Shown in pieces: positions 1 to 11,049 of a stretch of 64,000 nt of DNA (positions are counted from its first letter, which is position 1; each line of letters opens with the position of its first letter). The stretch is taken from NCBI GenBank assembly GCA_963834535.1, contig CAWICC010000004.1, positions 1,179,966 to 1,243,965 on the forward strand. The letters are read 5' to 3'. This stretch comes from an uncultured delta proteobacterium (GTDB taxonomy: Bacteria > Desulfobacterota > Binatia > Binatales > Binataceae). Both the position numbers and the translations under genes were made by a program. The notes under the pieces were generated by a model. It worked only from the letters and a program-made list of their open reading frames with translations, was not told the DNA's origin and did no database searches.

Positions 1-883
1 GACCGAGCGGCGCGAGCAGATCCATCAGGGAAGCACGTCCCGCGATCGCACCGACCGGTAGTCCGCCGCCGATAATTTTGCCCAACATCACCAGGTCCGG
101 ATCGCCGTCGAAGAGCTCGTAAGCCGCGCCGTAGCGCAGGCGAAACCCGGTGATGACCTCGTCGCAGATGAGCAGCGCGCCATGCCGGTGAACGATGGCA
201 CTGAGTTCCCGGAGAAACCCCGGAAGCGGCTGCACCACGCCCATGTTGGCGGCCATCGGTTCCACGATCACTGCCGCAATCTTGCCGGGCTCGGCCTCGA
301 AGTAGCGCTCTACCGCCGCGAGCGAATTGTAAGGAGCCACGCGGGTCAGCGCCGCCAGCGCTTCGGGCACGCCGGCGCTGTCGGGCACGCCGAGGGTCAT
401 CACGCCGGAACCAGCACGAACCAAAAGCGAATCGCTGTGGCCGTGATAACATCCGTCGAACTTTATAATGCCTGGCCGGCCAGTCGCGGCGCGCGCAATT
501 CGGATCGCGGTCATTCCAGCTTCGGTGCCGGAGCTGACGAGGCGAACCTTTTCTGCGATTGGGATCGCCGCGCTGATACGCTCCGCCAATTCGACTTCGA
601 TCGCGGTGGGCGCGCCATAGGAAAATCCCCGCCGCGCCTGATCTGCGATCGCCGCAATCACTGCCGGATGGGCGTGACCCAGGATTGCGGGGCCGTAAGA
701 GCCGACGTAATCGATAAAGCGATTACCGTCCTCGTCGAAGAGCAGCGCACCCTCTCCGCTGGCGATAAAGGCCGGTGTTCGTCCAACCGCTTTCCACGCG
801 CGAACGGGAGAGTTGACCGCACCGGGAATCTTTTTGAGGGCGCGAGCGAAGAGCGCGGCAGATTTTTTTTGAGAAATTCTCAT
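1..883 (-). CDS. hemL: glutamate-1-semialdehyde 2,1-aminomutase, N-terminal ~294 codons (C-terminus lies beyond window start)
   Basis: My reverse-strand translation from the ATG (rc of cat at 881-883) gives [69 protein letters not shown]... This is the typical HemL/class-III aminotransferase N-terminus. It is absent from the ORF track because there is no stop codon inside the window. Confidence 0.85.
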   Translation of the reverse strand, partial: MRISQKKSAALFARALKKIPGAVNSPVRAWKAVGRTPAFIASGEGALLFDEDGNRFIDYVGSYGPAILGHAHPAVIAAIADQARRGFSYGAPTAIEVELAERISAAIPIAEKVRLVSSGTEAGMTAIRIARAATGRPGIIKFDGCYHGHSDSLLVRAGSGVMTLGVPDSAGVPEALAALTRVAPYNSLAAVERYFEAEPGKIAAVIVEPMAANMGVVQPLPGFLRELSAIVHRHGALLICDEVITGFRLRYGAAYELFDGDPDLVMLGKIIGGGLPVGAIAGRASLMDLLAPLG

Positions 884-950
884 CGCAATGCGATTTAGTC
901 GCTAACAATCGGCGAATAGACAGTCGTTGAAGCTCGCGGCGGGATCAAGC

Positions 951-981
951 TGCGCGATCGACCGAATAGATCGATCGCGCA
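951..981. repeat. inverted repeat TGCGCGATCGA-N9-TCGATCGCGCA (11-bp perfect arms) in the hemL/dnaA divergent intergenic region
   Basis: Read directly: 951-961 is the reverse complement of 971-981, with loop ccgaataga. Function is unknown; it could be an operator or hairpin. Confidence 0.6.
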
Positions 982-1379
982 CGGAGGCTCTCAGAGCCAA
1001 CGTCGCACAAGGCAAAGATCACGCTTTAGAGCAAGTTCAAAACTGGAAAATTTATTTCCACGAAATTTCCTCAAAGAAATCATACACTTTTAACCCCATC
1101 GCGAAACTTCGCTTGAATGACCCATAAAAAGCATCTACTCAATATGCCTTCACCGTTGCACTAATGTGCGTCGAGGCAGGTGCTTCCTGCAACGGTAAAG
1201 CATCGTGACGATCGTGGCCAACCGGCACGAACGAGCTTTTTTCAAGCGAAACTACTTACGATATCGGAGCGGCTTGAACGCCCGATATTTCACGGGAGAC
1301 AACCGGCATCGGCACCGGCGAGTTGATAATTGTCGCCAATGGTTTCGGCAGTGACCGATGGAAGTTGCGTAAAATTGGC

Positions 1380-1399
1380 TTATCAACAGATGTGGATAA
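1380..1399. promoter_or_regulatory. convergent pair of DnaA boxes upstream of dnaA (autoregulation and/or oriC element)
   Basis: TTATCAACA (1380-1388) has one mismatch to TTATCCACA. TGTGGATAA (1391-1399) is the exact reverse complement of TTATCCACA. The two are 2 nt apart and ~90 nt upstream of the dnaA start. An AT-rich stretch lies at ~1020-1140. Confidence 0.7.
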
Positions 1400-1483
1400 A
1401 GCTGTGAGTAATTCCAATCTAAATCATGACTTTCGATTGCGGACCATGGTGATCGGATCCGCTTTGATACAGGGGGTAATGGC

Positions 1484-2899
1484 ATGAACGGTGTGTGGCA
1501 AAAAGCTGCCGACCGGATGCGCGACACCTTGGGGCAGGTCAGTTACGAGACTTGGATCGGCCCCCTCAATTTCGTCGCAATGACCAATGGTACGGCTACA
1601 ATTGAAGCGCCCAATCGATTCTTCCGCGATTGGGTGAGCGATCGTTATCTCGACCTCCTGCGCCATTCGTTATCGGCTGAGGTCGGAGAGCCGATCGATA
1701 TCAAGCTAACCTTCGGCAAGGATGCCGGGGCGCCCGCCAATGGTCACACGACCGCGAAGGGAAGCGCGAACGGCGGCAATGGCCGCGCAGAGAAAGCGCG
1801 CAGCGCGACCGCCACCAACGGGGCCGCGGCATCTCCCGCTGAGGGTGCACGCCGGGAACTGCATCCGGGACTGGCGCCACGCTATACGTTCCCGGAATTC
1901 GTGGTCGGTTCAAGTAACCAGTTTGCGCACGCCGCGGCGCAGGCGGTCGCAAACCAGCCGGGCGAGAAATATAACCCATTGTTTATTTACGGCGGCGTTG
2001 GTCTCGGTAAAACCCATCTGGCGACGGCCATCGGCCATCACCTGTGGGCGACCAGCAGTCAAAGGCGCAAGGTCCTGTTCATGCCGGCTGAGGTCTTCAT
2101 GAATGAGCTCATCAGTTCGCTTCGGCGCGACAAGATGGGCGAATTTAAGGAGAAGTTCCGCCGCGTCGACGCGCTCATCCTGGACGACGTGCAATTCCTG
2201 GCCGGTCGCGAACGCACGCAGGAAGAATTCTTCCATACCTTCAATTCCCTGCACTCCGACCGCCACCAGATCGTCTTGACCTCGGACAAGGTTCCGCGGG
2301 ACATTCCAGGCCTCGAAGATCGCCTGAGAAATCGCTTTGAATCGGGACTGATCGCGGATATCGCACCCCCTGACCTGGAAACCCGGGTCGCCATTATTCA
2401 GAAGAAAGCGGCGCTGGAGAATCTGCCCTTGCCGGCAGAGGTCGCGCTCTATATCGCGCAGAATGTCTCGGCCAATGTGCGCGAACTAGAGGGCTGCCTG
2501 ACTCGACTGGCGGCGCTCGCCTCGATGGGTAAGACGGCGATCACCACGGACTTTGCCCGGCAGGCCCTGCGCGACCTCATTCGCACGCACGAAGTCAAGC
2601 CCGATATCGAATCGATCCAGAAAACTGTAGCGGATTTCTTCCATATCAGGCTCGCCGATCTTAAATCGAAGAAACGCACACAGCACATCGCATTCTGCCG
2701 TCAGGTCGCCATGTACTTGTGCCGCAAGATGACTGACAGCTCGTTTCCAGCGATCGGCGAGGCCTTTGGCCGTGATCATTCAACGGTGATTCACGCTCAT
2801 AATCTGATCGCGCGCCGCATCGGTAATGACTCCGCCTTTCGCTTTTCGATCGAAAAGATCGAGCGTGAACTGAAAGCCACTCACGCCAACGCTGCTTAG
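1484..2899 (+). CDS. dnaA: chromosomal replication initiator protein DnaA
   Basis: 471-aa ORF with Walker A GGVGLGKTHL, the box LILDDVQFLAGRERTQEEFFHTFN, and the C-terminal DNA-binding helix region FGRDHSTVIHA. Confidence 0.97.
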   Translation: MNGVWQKAADRMRDTLGQVSYETWIGPLNFVAMTNGTATIEAPNRFFRDWVSDRYLDLLRHSLSAEVGEPIDIKLTFGKDAGAPANGHTTAKGSANGGNGRAEKARSATATNGAAASPAEGARRELHPGLAPRYTFPEFVVGSSNQFAHAAAQAVANQPGEKYNPLFIYGGVGLGKTHLATAIGHHLWATSSQRRKVLFMPAEVFMNELISSLRRDKMGEFKEKFRRVDALILDDVQFLAGRERTQEEFFHTFNSLHSDRHQIVLTSDKVPRDIPGLEDRLRNRFESGLIADIAPPDLETRVAIIQKKAALENLPLPAEVALYIAQNVSANVRELEGCLTRLAALASMGKTAITTDFARQALRDLIRTHEVKPDIESIQKTVADFFHIRLADLKSKKRTQHIAFCRQVAMYLCRKMTDSSFPAIGEAFGRDHSTVIHAHNLIARRIGNDSAFRFSIEKIERELKATHANAA

Positions 2900-2943
2900 T
2901 AATGATGGAGCAAGCTGTGCACAAGCTTGGTACAATCGGAGCG

Positions 2944-2952
2944 TTATCTACA
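2944..2952 (+). promoter_or_regulatory. DnaA-box-like 9-mer TTATCTACA in the dnaA-dnaN spacer
   Basis: One mismatch to TTATCCACA. It is an isolated site, so the call is weak. Confidence 0.3.
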
Positions 2953-3145
2953 GCGATTTGCCATACGCGCGTCGCGATAGGTTTTGCGGGGGATTGGTCA
3001 ACAGTTTATGCCCAGCACAATTCGCTTTGTTAGCAGGCACTTGGCCGATCACTGAACAAATCAACAGGCCCTACTGTTGATCCTGATTAGCTCTTTTAGA
3101 TCAAGATCAGGATAGTAATAGCAGGGCCAACGGAACGGAAAATAA

Positions 3146-4285
3146 ATGGAACTGGTTATCGAACGGGTTTCGCTGCAGAACAGTCTCGCTATGATTCAAG
3201 GGATCGTCGAGCGGCGTAACACGGTGCCGATCCTCGGACATGTGCTGATTGAACCCGAGGGTTCGAGGATTAGGCTTTCGGCGACCGACCTCGAGGTCGG
3301 AATTCGCACCGAAGTCGCCTGTAAGGCCTCGGAGAAGGGCAGCCTTACGCTCAATGCGCGCAAATTGTTCGAAATTGTGCGCGAGGCCGAAGGCGACGAA
3401 GTTTCCTTCAAATCGCTCGAGAACGATTGGGTCGAGCTGAAGTGCGGGCGGGCCCGTTTCAAAATGATGGGCCTGGATCCGCGCAGCTTCCCAGCGATGC
3501 CGGCGCAATCGACCAAAGCCAGTGCGGAACCGGCGCGCAAAGCCATCAAAGGCGACCTCAAGGTCGCGGGTAACATACTTGCGGCGATGATCGACAAGAC
3601 CCTTTTCGCCGTCAGTCCCGACGAAGCGCGTTACAACCTGAGCGGGGTTTATATCGACTCGCCCGCTGCCGGCACCGCCCGAATGGTCGCCACCGATGGA
3701 CATAGGCTCTCGCTTATCGATCGCGAAGTGCCGGGGTTTTCGATGGCCGGAGGAGCGATAATTCCTCGCAAGGGCATGGCGGAATTGCGCAAGCTCCTCG
3801 ACCAGGCAGGCGAAGGCGAAGTCGAACTCACGCTCGACGGTGCCCTGGCCTGGATCAAGCGCGGGGCGACCGAGGTCTCGATGCGCCTGGTCGAGGGCGA
3901 ATTTCCCGACTATCGAGGCGTGATCCCGAAGCAATCGCGCTATCAAGTCGCCGTCAGCCGCGACGCCTTGTTGAGCGCCATCAAGCGTGCGGCTATCTTC
4001 TCAAACGAGCGCTATCACGGGGTGAAGCTTGGTCTTTCAAACGGTATATTGACGGTTTCGTCAGCCAGTCCCGAGATGGGCGAGGCCAGCGAAACCATCG
4101 ATGTCGAATTCGGCGGCGATGAGTTTTCGATCGGTTTCAACGCCTCCTATGTGCAGCAGGTTCTGAATGTCATTCCCGAGGGCACCGACGCGGTGCTCGG
4201 ACTCAGCGATGAAGTGAGCCCGGGAGTTATCAGCACCACCGCGGACAGCCAGTTCACCTACGTTGTTATGCCGATGCGCCTCTGA
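3146..4285 (+). CDS. dnaN: DNA polymerase III beta sliding clamp
   Basis: 379-aa ORF directly after dnaA. The N-terminus (MELVIERVSLQNSLAMIQGIVERRNTVPILGHVLIE) and C-terminus (FTYVVMPMRL) are typical of DnaN. Confidence 0.95.
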   Translation: MELVIERVSLQNSLAMIQGIVERRNTVPILGHVLIEPEGSRIRLSATDLEVGIRTEVACKASEKGSLTLNARKLFEIVREAEGDEVSFKSLENDWVELKCGRARFKMMGLDPRSFPAMPAQSTKASAEPARKAIKGDLKVAGNILAAMIDKTLFAVSPDEARYNLSGVYIDSPAAGTARMVATDGHRLSLIDREVPGFSMAGGAIIPRKGMAELRKLLDQAGEGEVELTLDGALAWIKRGATEVSMRLVEGEFPDYRGVIPKQSRYQVAVSRDALLSAIKRAAIFSNERYHGVKLGLSNGILTVSSASPEMGEASETIDVEFGGDEFSIGFNASYVQQVLNVIPEGTDAVLGLSDEVSPGVISTTADSQFTYVVMPMRL

Positions 4286-4311
4286 GTGCGCGAGCGGCGC
4301 ATTCGAACGCG

Positions 4312-6126
4312 TCAGTGGGCGGTTGGCGGGCTGACGCGCACCAGGACCATAGAGTTAAGGCCGTGTTCTTTCGGTTCCCAGGGATAGAGCGTTTCGGCGA
4401 TAACCGGCTCGTTCCTGAATTTCAGCAAACCTAGATCCCGCCGTCGTACGATGAGCCATTGCACATGGCCGCCGCCGATGGCGTTGTTGAGGTCGGTGAG
4501 CTTGTCGTATTCGGGCACCGGTAGCGGCAGTCCGAGGTAAAAGACGGGGCCTTGGTTGCGGAAGAAAACCAAGCTCGAGGAATCGCTGCCAATCAAAGTT
4601 CGCACTCGCGCAGCGAAGGGTTTTTCACTGCGAAAGGCGTCGCCGGCCGGCATCGCGAATACGAAAAAATAGAACATGAACAGCCATGCGATCGTTCCGA
4701 TCGCGATCGCGATGCGCTCCGGATGGAAATTTCGCAATGCGTAAACGACCGCTGCAACTGATCCAATCCATCCAATGGCAAAAATGGCGGGATCGGGAAT
4801 TGGCGGGAGTTGCGACCATGGCGCCGGCAGGAAATGCGCCGGCGGCAGGAATGCGAGTGTTGATAGAGCGATCGCAACCACGATTGCGCCGAAGCCGAAC
4901 TTTGTCAGTGTTCTCCCGAGGTCCGACATCTGCGCGAACGGCTGGTCGAGTAGGCGCGCGACCATGATCGCAGCTGCGGGGAGGATCGGCAGGATATAGT
5001 AGCTGCGGCGCGAACCTGACAGCGTAAAAAACACGAACGTCGCCCAGAAGAACGTCATCGTGAAGCGATCACTTTGGAGCCGGCGCGAATCATCCGGGTG
5101 GCGCGAACCCGCCCGGTGCATATTGACGAGCGCAGCCGGTAGCATCACGCACCACGGCGCCATCAGGGCAAAGATCACGTAGGCATAAAGGTATATGGGG
5201 CCGCGATGATCGAACGGCTCGAAGTAGCGCTGAACGTTCTCGCGATACACCATCGCGAGGCCTTTCGCCGACCCGGTTTCCAGATTCGAGATCGCGAATG
5301 GGACATAATAGATGGGGATCGCGATCGCGATTGCGAGCGGCGTCTTCCAATTGAAAAACCACCTGTTCCGATCAACGATCCAGCCGATGCGCTGACTCAC
5401 CGGCCCGTTGATAAGGGCGCGGCCAAGTTCCGCCCACCCTGCCCCGAACATGCAATAGGATCCGATTACGGCGAGCGGCAGCACGAAGCCGAGCAGGCCC
5501 TTCATTTGCGATGTCAACGCCATTACCAGCCATAACCAGAGAACCCACCATCCATCCTGATCCCGTTCGTGCCGCAAGAACAGGATCAACGAGCCTAGCT
5601 CGCCTGCGATGGTTTCCACGTCGGCGGAAGCGCTACGCGAAAAAAATACGAAGCTGAAGCTGGTCGCTAGAATGAAGGCCGCGACGACGCCGGTTTTGAG
5701 ATCGTAGAGTCGCCGCCCAATCGAGATCGTGAAGACCACCGCCAACATCCCGGCGATTGCGCATGGCAGCCTTGCCGCGGCTTCGTTCATGCCGCCTGTC
5801 AGCCACGTGGAGGCGACTACCAGCCAGTAGGTGGCGAGTGGTTTGTCATAGTAGGGACGGCCATTGATGGTGGGCCAGAAGTAGTTCGAGGTGATCTGCA
5901 TCTCGCGCGCGATTTCAGCCCAGCGAAATTCCGAGGCCCATAGTGCGCGGGCGCCCAGGCGGGCAAAAAACAGGATTGCGGTGAGGCCGATCACGATCCC
6001 CGCGATCTTCCGCCAGTGGAGGTCGTCCTCAGTAGCGGCGAGTGCGGTGGTTGGAATGGCGGCGTCGGGAGCGGTCGCGTGGGTCTCGAGACGGGTGGCC
6101 TGGCGGCTCAAATCAGCAGGTTCCAT
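4312..6126 (-). CDS. polytopic membrane glycosyltransferase, ArnT/PMT-like (GT39/GT83 type)
   Basis: 604 aa with many hydrophobic segments. The N-terminal loop (ARLGARALWASEFRWAEIAREMQITSNYFWPTINGRPYYDKPLATYWL) resembles ArnT-like 4-amino-4-deoxy-L-arabinose/mannosyl transferases. Confidence 0.7.
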   Translation of the reverse strand: MEPADLSRQATRLETHATAPDAAIPTTALAATEDDLHWRKIAGIVIGLTAILFFARLGARALWASEFRWAEIAREMQITSNYFWPTINGRPYYDKPLATYWLVVASTWLTGGMNEAAARLPCAIAGMLAVVFTISIGRRLYDLKTGVVAAFILATSFSFVFFSRSASADVETIAGELGSLILFLRHERDQDGWWVLWLWLVMALTSQMKGLLGFVLPLAVIGSYCMFGAGWAELGRALINGPVSQRIGWIVDRNRWFFNWKTPLAIAIAIPIYYVPFAISNLETGSAKGLAMVYRENVQRYFEPFDHRGPIYLYAYVIFALMAPWCVMLPAALVNMHRAGSRHPDDSRRLQSDRFTMTFFWATFVFFTLSGSRRSYYILPILPAAAIMVARLLDQPFAQMSDLGRTLTKFGFGAIVVAIALSTLAFLPPAHFLPAPWSQLPPIPDPAIFAIGWIGSVAAVVYALRNFHPERIAIAIGTIAWLFMFYFFVFAMPAGDAFRSEKPFAARVRTLIGSDSSSLVFFRNQGPVFYLGLPLPVPEYDKLTDLNNAIGGGHVQWLIVRRRDLGLLKFRNEPVIAETLYPWEPKEHGLNSMVLVRVSPPTAH

Positions 6127-6318
6127 CAGCGGAAAGAGTTGCAGTCTGATTTCGCGATCGCAAGCGGGTACCGCGGATGCTTGTTACGATTGCCGGTGAT
6201 AGATTTGTGCAACGCCCGGCGCGAAGCTCAGCAAAAAGCAGAGCCGATGGTTCGCGAACCGTTCCCTCGCGCTCGCGTCGCAGGTGCATGAAAATTTCCT
6301 CCGGCGAGTCCAAGAAAT

Positions 6319-8406
6319 ATGAATCAGGACCAAGGCTCTCACGATAATCCCTCCCGTAAAGCGAATCGGCTGATCAACGAGCAGAGTCCGTACCTGCGCC
6401 AGCATGCGCACAACCCCGTCGAGTGGTATCCGTGGGGCGAAGAGGCACTCGCGCGGGCGCGCGCCGAGAACAAGCCCATCCTGCTTTCGATTGGCTACTC
6501 GGCCTGCCATTGGTGCCATGTGATGGAGCGCGAGTCGTTCGAGAACGACGCGATCGCGCAGGTGATGAACGATAACTTCGTCTCGATAAAGGTCGATCGC
6601 GAGGAGCGTCCCGACCTCGATCAGATTTACATGGACGCCGTGCAACTGCTGACCGGGCGCGGCGGATGGCCGTTGACGATGTTCCTGCTGCCCGACGGAC
6701 GGCCGTTTTATGGCGGCACCTATTTCCCACCGTCGGACCGCCACGGGCTGCCCGGCTTTCCGCGACTACTCGCCGCGATCGCCGACGCTTATCACAAGCA
6801 GCCGGGCGACGTGCAGCAGAACGTCGAGCGGCTGACCTCTGCGCTGGGTTCGGCGGCAAACCTTGAGGCCTCGGGCGACGAACTTCCCAGATCGACTCCG
6901 CTCAACGCAGCACGCGCCCTGGGCAAGCATTATGACAGCGTCCACGGCGGTATCGGCGGTGCGCCGAAATTCCCCAATACATTCGTCTTTTCGCTTTTCC
7001 TGCGCATGTATGATGCCGACAGCGACATCAATTTCGCCGACATGGTGCGCGATACCCTGAGCAAAATGGGGAAGGGCGGGATCTACGATCAGATTGGCGG
7101 CGGGTTCCATCGCTACAGTGTCGATGAGCGCTGGCTAGTGCCCCATTTCGAGAAGATGCTCTACGACAATGCGCTGCTGTCACGACTCTATCTGGACGCG
7201 GGCCGCGCGCTGAACGAGCCTGAGTTTATGCGTATAGCGCGCGAAACTCTGGATTACGTCCTGCGCGAGATGACGAGTCCGGAGGGCGGATTCTACGCGT
7301 CGCAGGATGCCGATAGCGAAGGCGAGGAGGGTAAATTCTTTCTGTGGACGCCTGCGCAAGCGCGCGCTGCAATTGGAGACGAGGAACTCGCGAAGATCGC
7401 GACGCGCTATTTCGATATCAGCGATGAAGGGAATTTCGAAGGGCGTAATATTCTCAATCGCACGATCGATCAGGCCGCGGCGGCGAAGCTGTTCGGCAAG
7501 ACCGCCGATGAAATCGCGCGCGCGATCGAAACTGCCAGGGCGCGCTTGTTCGCCGCTCGTGAAACGCGCATCAAGCCCGGCCGCGACGAGAAGATCCTGG
7601 CAGCGTGGAACGCCATGATGATCGCGGCGTTCGCCGAGGGTTATCGGGCGCTGGGCGACCCGCGCTACCTGGCGGCGGCTGAGCGCGCCGCCGCCTTTGC
7701 GATGACGACGCTCTGGGACGGCCGCGCGCTGCGGCGTTCGTATAAAGACGGTGTCGCGCGCTTCAACGCCTACCTCGAGGACTACGCCTTGATGGCCGGC
7801 GCGATGATCGACACTTATGAGGCGTCCCTCGATCCGCGTTACCTCGATCATGCGCACACGCTCGCCAACGTCATGTTGGGCCGTTTCCTCGATCGCGAAA
7901 AGGGCGGCTTCTTCTTCACCTCGGACGACCACGAGATGCTGATCACGCGAACCAAGGCGGCCTTCGACGGATCGACGCCATCGGGCAACAGTGCGGCGGT
8001 GATGGCGCTGCTTCGGCTTCACGCCTACACCGGCGACGAACGCTATGAGGCCGAAGCGGCGCGCACGCTTAACCTGTTCGCGGAGTTGATCAAAAAACAG
8101 CCCTTTGGTTTTGCCCACATGCTCGAGGCAGCCGACCTGTATTTTCGCGGGCCGACCGAAATCGTGCTGGTCGGAGATCGATCCTCGGCCGAGTTCCGCG
8201 CATGGATCGAGCGCGCCGGGCTGCTCTACGTGCCGAACCGGGCGCTGTTCACAGCCGACGCAGAAGGCGGCGATGGGTTCATCCCGGAGCCGGCGCGCGG
8301 CAAGCCACAGGTCAATGGGCAGTTGACGGCGTACGTTTGCCGGGAGCGAACCTGCTCGCCGCCGATGACCACGTTCGAGGCGGTGATGGCGGCGCTCGAT
8401 GACTAG
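6319..8406 (+). CDS. thioredoxin-domain protein of the YyaL/DUF255 (SPATA20-like) family
   Basis: 695 aa. N-terminus is [61 protein letters not shown], followed by a six-hairpin glycosidase-like region. Confidence 0.85.
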   Translation: MNQDQGSHDNPSRKANRLINEQSPYLRQHAHNPVEWYPWGEEALARARAENKPILLSIGYSACHWCHVMERESFENDAIAQVMNDNFVSIKVDREERPDLDQIYMDAVQLLTGRGGWPLTMFLLPDGRPFYGGTYFPPSDRHGLPGFPRLLAAIADAYHKQPGDVQQNVERLTSALGSAANLEASGDELPRSTPLNAARALGKHYDSVHGGIGGAPKFPNTFVFSLFLRMYDADSDINFADMVRDTLSKMGKGGIYDQIGGGFHRYSVDERWLVPHFEKMLYDNALLSRLYLDAGRALNEPEFMRIARETLDYVLREMTSPEGGFYASQDADSEGEEGKFFLWTPAQARAAIGDEELAKIATRYFDISDEGNFEGRNILNRTIDQAAAAKLFGKTADEIARAIETARARLFAARETRIKPGRDEKILAAWNAMMIAAFAEGYRALGDPRYLAAAERAAAFAMTTLWDGRALRRSYKDGVARFNAYLEDYALMAGAMIDTYEASLDPRYLDHAHTLANVMLGRFLDREKGGFFFTSDDHEMLITRTKAAFDGSTPSGNSAAVMALLRLHAYTGDERYEAEAARTLNLFAELIKKQPFGFAHMLEAADLYFRGPTEIVLVGDRSSAEFRAWIERAGLLYVPNRALFTADAEGGDGFIPEPARGKPQVNGQLTAYVCRERTCSPPMTTFEAVMAALDD

Positions 8407-8436
8407 AATGCTCGCCCGATCAAGCCGCGGCGCGGG

Positions 8437-9433
8437 ATGAAAACCAGCATCGACGATGATGCCCAGATCGGCGCGGCGAGTGCCGAAGTGGCCGGGGCGA
8501 TCGGCGAATTGGGAATTGAGCAGTTCCCGGCGTTTCCAACCACGATCGTTAATCGGCCTGCGCGGGTTATAAAGCGCACGCTTAAGACGGTCGTCTTCAA
8601 CGCACGTTCGGGCGCGCGCTTCGAGGGCATCCTCGCATGCCTGCGTCGGCCGCCGCTGGCAGATGCGGGCTTGATCATGCTGTGCGAAGCGGATTGGCGA
8701 TTGCGCCGATCCGCCAATCGCGAGATCGCCGCCGAGTTAGCGTCCGCGCTCGGCATGAGCTTCGCCTATGGTCCGGAATTCGCAATTCGACGCGCGTGCC
8801 GAGCGAAGCCTTCGTTTTACGGCAACGCGATTCTGAGTTGCGCTCCGCTGACCGATGCGTGGACGATTCCGATGCCATATTCGGGCCGCAGTGGCCGCAA
8901 CCTGGGGCGCGTCGGCCAGCCGCGCGCGTTGGTCGCCTCGGCGACTTTCGCTGGAACGTCCCCTCACGATCGCTGTTGCTCATCTCGACAGCCGATGGGA
9001 TCCGGAAGGCCGCCGCCGCCAGATGACCCCGGTGATCGAACGCCTGGAGCAAGCGGATCCGAGCGGTCCGATAATTCTCGGCGGCGACTTCAACACCACC
9101 ACCACCGAACTTGGCACTCCGTCGGCTTTTGCGATGGTCGCGGCGCAAATAGCGTTGCGGCCGTTACGGTTTCGCTATCCCGAGCGTTACGAGCCGTTGT
9201 TCGAGGACCTCGCGCGCGCGGGCTTCAAGACCAAAGCCGCCAATGTCCTCGGTAAGCCGACATTTACCTTCAGCCGCGCGATTCCGCCGGCGCTAAGACC
9301 GAAACTCGACTGGATCGCACTGCGCGGATTGGAACCCGAGCCCGGTTCGGCGCGAGTGATACCCGCGCGCGCTTCGTTCTTCGGACGACGCGTATCGGAC
9401 CACGATTTCGTGATGTGCGCGGTGCAATTATGA
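8437..9433 (+). pseudogene. endonuclease/exonuclease/phosphatase (EEP) family protein, reading frame broken once near 8950-8958
   Basis: The N-terminal part is in the frame of ORF 8437..9255 (..VVFNARSGARFEGI..LIMLCEADW..YGNAILS..LVASATFAG). The C-terminal part is in the frame of ORF 8855..9433 (RPLTIAVAHLDSRWDPEG..ILGGDFNTT..LDWIALRG..SDHDFVMCAVQL). Removing one base in gctggaacg rejoins them. This may be a sequencing or assembly error rather than a true pseudogene. Confidence 0.75.
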
Positions 9434-9595
9434 TTGCTTCCGCGCGCCCGCCATCGTGCGATCGAGGCGTCCATGACACTTCGGCCATCGCAGTCCCGTG
9501 GAGATCGCGACAAACCGCGGGCGGCAATCTTGCCGGCGTTGGCGATGGCCACGTGGTGTGATGCCCCCAGCGAACGATGAGCCCGCGGTGGGCGC

Positions 9596-11011
9596 TTACT
9601 CTTTCGGAGGGATAAGCGGGTCGCGTACGCGCTCGAAGGCGTCGGCGACGCGGAAGACCGTCGCCTCGTCGAAGGGCTTGCCGATTATCTGCATCGAGAC
9701 CGGCAGTCCGGCCGGGGTCATTCCGGTCGGAAGGGCGAGCGCGGGCTGCCCGGTGACGTTGAACGGCGCGGTGAAGCGCAGCACGGCGGCGACCATGTCG
9801 ATCTGTTGGCCGCTGTCGGTGAGGGCGCGGCTGCCGACATCAATGCGCGGTGCGGGAATGGCCGCGGTGGGTGCGGCGAGCACCGTGAAGTGGTCCAGTG
9901 CTTCCAGGGTTTCGGCGAGGATGGCGGCGCGGGCGCGCTGGGCGCGAACGTAGTAGATGGCCGGCGTCATCATGCCGGCTTCGAGCATCCGGCGCACATC
10001 TGAGCCGTAATCATGCGCGCGCGTGCGCATCCACTGCTCGTGATATTCGGCTGCCTCGGCAAACATGATGTTGGTCGCGATGGTCGAGGCTGTCTCGATA
10101 TGCGGAATGGTAACTTCCTCGAGGTCGGCGCCGAGAATCCGCATTTGCCGCAAAGCTCCATTGAATGACTCCGCAACCTCATCGGAAAGGCCGGTCATCA
10201 ACTCCTTGATAATGCCGACGCGAACGCCCTTGAGGTCGCCCTTGAGTGCCTGGGCGTAAGCGGGAACCGGCGCGTCACTGCTGGTGGAGTCGTGCGGGTC
10301 GTGGCCGGCGATGACCTGGAGCATGAGGGCGGCGTCGCGGACGGTGCGCGTGATCGGCCCGGCGTGGTCGAGCGAGTCGGCCAGCGGGAGCACGCCGAAG
10401 CGGCTGACGCGGCCCCAGGTCTGCTTCATGCCGACGCATCCGCAGAAGGCGGCGGGGATGCGGATGGAGCCGCCGGTATCGGTGCCAATGGTCGCGGCGG
10501 CCATTTTGGCAACGATCGCTGCCGCCGAGCCGCCACTCGAACCGCCGGGGATGCGTTCGCGGTCATAAGGATTGCGGCAGGTTCCCCAGTGGGGATTGGT
10601 ATTGGTCGCACCGCTGGCAAACTCGTGCAGGTTGAGCTTACCAAGCAGAATGGCACCGGCTTCGCGCAGGCGCGCCCATACCGTGCAATCGAAGTCGGGG
10701 ACGAAATCGCCGAGTATTTTCGAGCCGCCGGTAGTGAGGACGCCTTTCGTGTTGCAAAGGTCCTTCAGAGCAATCGGGATGCCATGAAACGGGCCGCGCC
10801 AGTTGCCAGCCACGATCTCGGTCTCGGCCTTGCGCGCGGCGGCGCGAGCGTCATCGGCGGTGACGGTGATGTAGGCGAGGAGGCTCTCTTGACGCGCGTC
10901 GATGCGTTCCAGGTACGCCTCGGTGACTTCGACGGGCGAGAGGGATTTGGCGTGGATTTTCTCGCCTAATGTTGCGACATCGAAGTCCAGGATTTCAGCG
11001 TTATTGGACAT
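9596..11011 (-). CDS. amidase-signature (AS) family amidase
   Basis: 471 aa containing the catalytic Lys context GIPIALKD, the signature GGSSGGSAAA, and GTDTGGSIRIPAAFCG. Confidence 0.9.
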   Translation of the reverse strand: MSNNAEILDFDVATLGEKIHAKSLSPVEVTEAYLERIDARQESLLAYITVTADDARAAARKAETEIVAGNWRGPFHGIPIALKDLCNTKGVLTTGGSKILGDFVPDFDCTVWARLREAGAILLGKLNLHEFASGATNTNPHWGTCRNPYDRERIPGGSSGGSAAAIVAKMAAATIGTDTGGSIRIPAAFCGCVGMKQTWGRVSRFGVLPLADSLDHAGPITRTVRDAALMLQVIAGHDPHDSTSSDAPVPAYAQALKGDLKGVRVGIIKELMTGLSDEVAESFNGALRQMRILGADLEEVTIPHIETASTIATNIMFAEAAEYHEQWMRTRAHDYGSDVRRMLEAGMMTPAIYYVRAQRARAAILAETLEALDHFTVLAAPTAAIPAPRIDVGSRALTDSGQQIDMVAAVLRFTAPFNVTGQPALALPTGMTPAGLPVSMQIIGKPFDEATVFRVADAFERVRDPLIPPKE

Positions 11012-11049
11012 GGAATCACCTCGCGCGGATGGGGGCTATCAGCGGACAG

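Noticed and set aside
927-1127. 66-aa ORF in the hemL-dnaA intergenic region.
   Set aside because: It lies in AT-rich putative origin/promoter DNA. It has no RBS and no coding-type codon bias.
3107-3946. 279-aa ORF antisense to dnaN. Similar long antisense ORFs include 7180-8118, 12308-13048, 29672-30541, 30964-32013, 46719-47732 and 59794-60894.
   Set aside because: Each lies entirely within, and opposite to, a gene with unmistakable conserved motifs. Their translations are Arg/Ala/Gly/Pro-rich with no motifs. They are typical shadow ORFs of high-GC DNA.
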